DNA from: Candidatus Thalassarchaeaceae archaeon
GTDB taxonomy: Archaea; Thermoplasmatota; Poseidoniia; Poseidoniales; Thalassarchaeaceae
DNA: 64,000 nt
NCBI GenBank assembly: GCA_046710875.1
Contig: JBKEHQ010000001.1
Location: forward strand, 1,119 to 65,118
Direction of reading: 5' to 3'
The stretch's first letter is position 1. Every line of letters begins with the position of its first letter. This document shows, in pieces, positions 59,444-64,000 of the stretch. Under the pieces are notes generated by a model. The model had not been told where the DNA came from, did no database searches, and was given only the letters and a program-made list of their open reading frames with translations. Position numbers and translations under genes: made by a program.

Positions 59444-60126
59444 TATTTTTCCTCCTTTGGAATTGTTTCTTCAACAGTCGGAGCTTGTGCCGCATCAGAT
59501 TTAATTTTTTCAACAAAATCTTCTGTTGCCTGACTTGGATTTTCATCATTCTGTTGTTCTGAATCTTCATCCACTCCAACCACTCTCAACCTTTCTAATT
59601 CCTGACGGAATGTAGAATTATCATTCATGAAGGGAGAATTTGAATTATATTGTAATGCATCTTCCTCGTCTTTCATTATATGATATCCTGGGACCGTCAT
59701 TTTTTGTGGACCTATTGAAATATGTCCATGCATGATTAATTGCCTAGAAGATCTCATTGTTGGGGCTAATCCACGCCTGTAAACAACTGACTGCAATCTT
59801 CGAGAAAGCATCTGATCTACATCAATTTGAAGCACATCTCCAACAGATGCACCTTCAGGTAACAATCCTCTTCTGGTTAAAGAATCAATTAATTGATCCT
59901 TTTCTCTTGCGAAATGACCTTCTGAAGTATCTACTCTTCCTATCAACTTCATTGCTTGATTTCTATATCTCCTAAGTGAAGTTTTCTCTCTCCATATTTC
60001 TTTCATACCACCTGTTTTTTTTAGGCCATACTTTTCTTTTAAGGCATGTTCTTCATCAATCCTTGCTTGTTTCCAAGGATGTGTTGGCGTTTGTGTCTTA
60101 GACCTTGCAAATTTTGGATCACCCAT
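59443..60126 (-). CDS. rps4: 30S ribosomal protein S4 (uS4) with an acidic C-terminal tail
   Basis: MGDPK..PTHPW; YGLK; RRLQSVV; RQLIMHGHI. Confidence 0.95.
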   Translation of the reverse strand: MGDPKFARSKTQTPTHPWKQARIDEEHALKEKYGLKKTGGMKEIWREKTSLRRYRNQAMKLIGRVDTSEGHFAREKDQLIDSLTRRGLLPEGASVGDVLQIDVDQMLSRRLQSVVYRRGLAPTMRSSRQLIMHGHISIGPQKMTVPGYHIMKDEEDALQYNSNSPFMNDNSTFRQELERLRVVGVDEDSEQQNDENPSQATEDFVEKIKSDAAQAPTVEETIPKEEK

Positions 60127-60138
60127 TCTTAATCACCT

Positions 60139-60606
60139 CTATTTCTTCTTTACAACACCGAGTGTTGTTCCTGATCGACCATTAGACCTAAGGCGCTGAC
60201 CTCTCACTTTGTGACCGCTTCTATGACGCATCCCTCTGTAAGTTTTCATACCTGCTAATCTAGATATATCATCATCACGTGTTAATTTTACTTCGAGGGA
60301 AACTAGGTGAGCATCTTCGTTACTTTCTAAATCACGTTGTCGATTCATCAACCACCATGGTGCAATTGTGGCATAATCATCTATAGCCGATCTTATCGAA
60401 TCTTTTTCTTCTGTAGAAAGTAATCCTCCTAACTTTGTACCATCTATTCCTGAAAGTCTACAAATTTGCTGTGAGGTTCTAACTCCAACTCCTTTGATTG
60501 ATGTTAATCCAATCGATATCGGACTTAAACCATCGATGTCACTTTCTGCTATTCTAAATATGTAGGAGAAATCATCCCCTAGTTCTGCTTCATTCACTTT
60601 TGCCAT
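60139..60606 (-). CDS. rps13: 30S ribosomal protein S13 (uS13)
   Basis: IKGVG; YRGMRHRSGHKVRGQR; start placed at MAKVNE. Confidence 0.95.
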   Translation of the reverse strand: MAKVNEAELGDDFSYIFRIAESDIDGLSPISIGLTSIKGVGVRTSQQICRLSGIDGTKLGGLLSTEEKDSIRSAIDDYATIAPWWLMNRQRDLESNEDAHLVSLEVKLTRDDDISRLAGMKTYRGMRHRSGHKVRGQRLRSNGRSGTTLGVVKKK

Positions 60607-60710
60607 ACCGGTTCCCCCGTGTTCACTGTTTCCAGTGGCCCAATGGGCATCCTCGCGACTTACCGTCCCTATTTGAAACATACGGAGTATAATTTATTAT
60701 TAAAAAATAT

Positions 60711-62015
60711 TTAATTGTCTTCTTTACATACTATATATAGGGGGTGACTAGATTGCCCTCTATCTAAGTGAATATCTATCATAAATGCTTTAGAACCTTC
60801 TTTACCCTTCAATTCAAAATCTAATTTTCGTTGGACTTTAGGGTGCATTTCTGGATCCATATTACATCTTAGAGTCACTTTATTTATTTCATATCGTAAT
60901 GCCGCGGCAGCAACTTGGTCTACGGTCCGCAGCTCTGGGGCCGTCAATCTATGTTGTACTACTTTTCCACTACAAACAACAAACTCATCACTACTTTCAT
61001 GTTCAAGTAATGGCTCTGTATGTATTAATAGGGGTCTTCTGCCCTTTAATCTCAACCATGAATGCCCACATCCAGGAGGTATAACATTTTTTAGCCAAGA
61101 TTCTTGTAATCCACTTTCTATCAAGGATGAATCAATTATGGATATCCAAGATCCAAATGGCGGGGGCTTACTTAATCCTATAAGTTCGGATTTTTTTGGT
61201 AATCCTTCAATTTTAGCCATTATATTCTTTCTACCTACTCGGATGCACCTATGGCTCGATTTAGAAGAAATCGACCCAACCCATACTGACAATCTATCAA
61301 CTCTCCCTCCTCCTTGGCTCAACCATTCCCAAGTCAATGGTGCGCCAGGAAATACTGTTTCTAAAATTGAATCTACCATATTTCTTTGTTGGCTATCTAA
61401 TCTTGGAGATAGATCCAATAAAACAGCAGGACCTCTGGGCCCAACTTGAAGAAATTTACTCCAAGATGAAAGAAGATTTTTTAGAGATGGTTGCATTTCA
61501 TCTATATGGTGATTCTGTGCATCTCGTGGCCTAGCTGGGTCCAGATGTAACATAGCTATGGGTGGATGAGCTCTAGTTCCAGCATTTCGTAAACTCTTCC
61601 AAAATGCATCCATTGCCTCCTCAGACTTTGTTCCATCGCCAATAAGAACTCTGTCCATAGTTCGTTGTAGATCATCCTTGTCTGCATTAATGTACATATT
61701 GGCTGCACATAATTTTGCAATCTCCTTATCAATTTCGATTCCCAATGCAGGACGTTTTAATCCCATTGAAAATGCTATCAATTGTACTCCTGAACCAGCA
61801 GCAGCATCTAATATGACGCCGGCTGGTAAATTCTTGATATCAATTTGACCAGCCCGTATAGATGCAATTGACCATGGTGTTGATAATTTTTGCATATCTT
61901 CAGTCATAAAAAATAGTGGGTCACCCTTTCTTTTTGCTTTCGAATTAGTAACTTCTTCTGCAGCGTCGGCAATATTTTTTGAGGGTATTAAATCTATGTG
62001 TGTAATGGAGGACAC
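60711..62015 (-). CDS. Class I SAM-dependent methyltransferase with a THUMP-like C-terminal domain
   Basis: ILDAAAGSG, GIEID, LDPARP and LSP motifs. Confidence 0.7.
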   Translation of the reverse strand: MSSITHIDLIPSKNIADAAEEVTNSKAKRKGDPLFFMTEDMQKLSTPWSIASIRAGQIDIKNLPAGVILDAAAGSGVQLIAFSMGLKRPALGIEIDKEIAKLCAANMYINADKDDLQRTMDRVLIGDGTKSEEAMDAFWKSLRNAGTRAHPPIAMLHLDPARPRDAQNHHIDEMQPSLKNLLSSWSKFLQVGPRGPAVLLDLSPRLDSQQRNMVDSILETVFPGAPLTWEWLSQGGGRVDRLSVWVGSISSKSSHRCIRVGRKNIMAKIEGLPKKSELIGLSKPPPFGSWISIIDSSLIESGLQESWLKNVIPPGCGHSWLRLKGRRPLLIHTEPLLEHESSDEFVVCSGKVVQHRLTAPELRTVDQVAAAALRYEINKVTLRCNMDPEMHPKVQRKLDFELKGKEGSKAFMIDIHLDRGQSSHPLYIVCKEDN

Positions 62016-62062
62016 AAGTCATTCGGAGGTAGCCATCAGTCAAGTCACTTTCGTGAATATCT

Positions 62063-63019
62063 TTAAGAAATCGGAGCCCTATCTAACTTTAATTCAAATC
62101 GTAGCCAAACTTCCTTTAATTCATGATCATCACTTTGTCCGTACGCAATCGGTGGAGGCAATAATGTTGTATGAGTTGTTCCAGTATCGAGTCCAGGCAT
62201 CAATGCTCCGCGATCATTATTGATATCCAAACCAATAAGTGACCAACCGAATCCATATATTGAGCCAAAAGAATCTCCAGAATTTTCAGCCCATGTTCCT
62301 GAATCTAACTCTTCTCCACTGTCTGCATTCCATACTGTATATTGAACTTCAACTTTATCTTCACTTTCAATATGTAAATCTCTTTGCTCTGTTCCTGTAA
62401 ATATGTGAATATCGAGCTTTACTTCTGAAGAAGGAGTTGATACATGTTTTGCAATAATACTAACCTTTTCTTCTGAAACTTCCTCTAGTAATTGAATCTC
62501 TATAATTTGCGTACTCTTACCTTCTAAACCATTCAAAATTAAACTGGTTTCGCCAGTAGCAGAAAATATTACATTTTCCACATCAACAGTTAATATCAAG
62601 TCTAAACTATTATTTCCTATGTTGTACACTGCAATACTTGCCCTGTCTCCTTCACCTTGGTGCTCCCAATCACATCTCAACTCACCAGGATATAGGAAGA
62701 AATCATCTTGATCAGCCAAATTATCCGGCCATTCCCAATTACCTTCTCTAGACGTACAAGTATCAAATAATAAATCCAATTCCCAGAGCCATCTTCCGTC
62801 AGAATTTAGTATTTGAGAATTAGTTGATTCAAAAGGATCTAGATTATCTATAAAGTATTTTGCTGAAATCCCAACCCACGCTGAAGATATAACAACCATT
62901 AACAGGGTAATTATTGATAATATTAAAGCAACCCTTGGTACTGCCATCTCATTTAATCCAAGAGGGACGGGGGGGTGCTCTATTTCATCCGAGGTATCGG
63001 ATATCCAAGACCTTGTCAC
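62063..63019 (-). CDS. Membrane-anchored protein with a C-terminal FKBP-type PPIase-like domain
   Basis: Single TM; DKVEVQYTV..GEELDS and LPPPIAYG motifs. Confidence 0.65.
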   Translation of the reverse strand: MTRSWISDTSDEIEHPPVPLGLNEMAVPRVALILSIITLLMVVISSAWVGISAKYFIDNLDPFESTNSQILNSDGRWLWELDLLFDTCTSREGNWEWPDNLADQDDFFLYPGELRCDWEHQGEGDRASIAVYNIGNNSLDLILTVDVENVIFSATGETSLILNGLEGKSTQIIEIQLLEEVSEEKVSIIAKHVSTPSSEVKLDIHIFTGTEQRDLHIESEDKVEVQYTVWNADSGEELDSGTWAENSGDSFGSIYGFGWSLIGLDINNDRGALMPGLDTGTTHTTLLPPPIAYGQSDDHELKEVWLRFELKLDRAPIS

Positions 63020-63082
63020 GTTCCGTTGTCAAGGCCCCCTATCATCAAGTTTAGCCTTTAATGAGTAAATTAATCTTATTTT

Positions 63083-64000
63083 TTAATCTTTTAGTAATTC
63101 TTTTTCATTAGATATCCCTAACCAAGCCACAATTCCTAATTCTACTGCAAGCAAAGTTAAAATTATAAGTAGATTAATAGGATTTAATATCGAATTAACA
63201 AAAATCATACTAAATAAAACTGCTAATATCAAATCAAATAAACCTAATATTCTCAAAATTCTTCGTAATTGTAATATACCAATTATCCAAACAGATGTAG
63301 AAAGTAATATCATTAATATTGAAAAATATATTTGATTATAATAACCAGTCCAGAAAAGTCCCAAAATTATTAATATATGGGCATTAAAAGTTGCCATCAT
63401 AGTCCACTCTTCTCGATTTAATTTTGTTGATACTATACATATTATTAGCATTAATATTCCTAATAATAATGCTGCATAAGGTATAAAAATCTTAATTTCA
63501 GGAGACCAAGCACCAAATGATATCATGACCAAGATAATTCCTAAAATTGCGACTCCAGTACTGCTGGGTTGTTTACTTCTGTAACCTTGTCTGATGGTAC
63601 TTAGAACTGCTAACATACCAGCAGGGCCAAATGACATTATTACAATGGCCATATTCCTCATTCCTCTATTTGGATTATTTTTTGTACTAGCATCAACCTC
63701 TCTCTTATTGACTATCCAAAAATCACATATTAAAGTTAAAATTAGTAAAACCTCCAATAATAGCCATGGCAAGTTCCATTCTTCAAAATTAGTTTGAATG
63801 AAAGGATCTACTGTAAGCGGAAAGGGCAATGATTCATTCATCATTGCACCCAAAATCCTACTAATAAAAAGTGGAATTATAAACCAATCAATTGCCACTG
63901 GAATTCTATCAATTAAATTTTCTTGATATATCAAAGAAATAACTGCCAACTCCATTATCAAAATAATTAAAATTGCTAAATCAAAAAGTTCATTATTACT
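63083..64000 (-). CDS. C-terminal part of a large polytopic membrane protein, 5'-truncated by the window edge
   Basis: Frame remains open from 63961 to 64000 (SNNELFDLAILII); many TMs. Confidence 0.75.
   Translation of the reverse strand, partial: SNNELFDLAILIILIMELAVISLIYQENLIDRIPVAIDWFIIPLFISRILGAMMNESLPFPLTVDPFIQTNFEEWNLPWLLLEVLLILTLICDFWIVNKREVDASTKNNPNRGMRNMAIVIMSFGPAGMLAVLSTIRQGYRSKQPSSTGVAILGIILVMISFGAWSPEIKIFIPYAALLLGILMLIICIVSTKLNREEWTMMATFNAHILIILGLFWTGYYNQIYFSILMILLSTSVWIIGILQLRRILRILGLFDLILAVLFSMIFVNSILNPINLLIILTLLAVELGIVAWLGISNEKELLKD

Noticed and set aside
60607..60710. tRNA upstream of rps13, as found in some archaea
   Set aside because: No cloverleaf or T-loop GTTC(G/A)A motif; only two short hairpins

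Overview
AT-rich, gene-dense archaeal chromosome segment. Gene content points to Marine Group II Thermoplasmatota (Ca. Poseidoniales); this assignment is inferred, not confirmed by a search. Archaeal core genes include PolD DP2, PriL, Rpo3 with uS11/uS4/uS13, Pcc1, TsaC, pantoate kinase, phosphopantothenate synthetase and MptE. Several bacterial-type genes are mixed in: aceE, fumC, rlmH, bolA-grx4, ABC-F and a LeuRS with a bacterial-type core. A complete archaellum cluster (arlB1, arlB2, arlCDE, arlF, arlG, arlH, arlI, arlJ, arlK) with no adjacent chemotaxis genes follows a 1642-aa Ig-repeat surface protein. The most striking unexplained element is the ~740-bp gap between fumC and a beta-propeller gene. 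On the minus strand it reads as a ~620-nt highly structured RNA with its own BRE/TATA promoter, paired 5' and 3' ends, several GNRA/UUCG-capped hairpins, repeated A-rich motifs and a possible pseudoknot. I cannot match it to RNase P, SRP, rRNA or tRNA. Other notable items are a ribbon-helix-helix domain fused to FumC, a chimeric LeuRS, CDIN1-like and LETM1-like proteins, a sensor-less wHTH-STAND ATPase, near-identical archaellin 5' ends, and two smaller structured intergenic elements. No tRNA, rRNA, CRISPR array or transposase was recognised.
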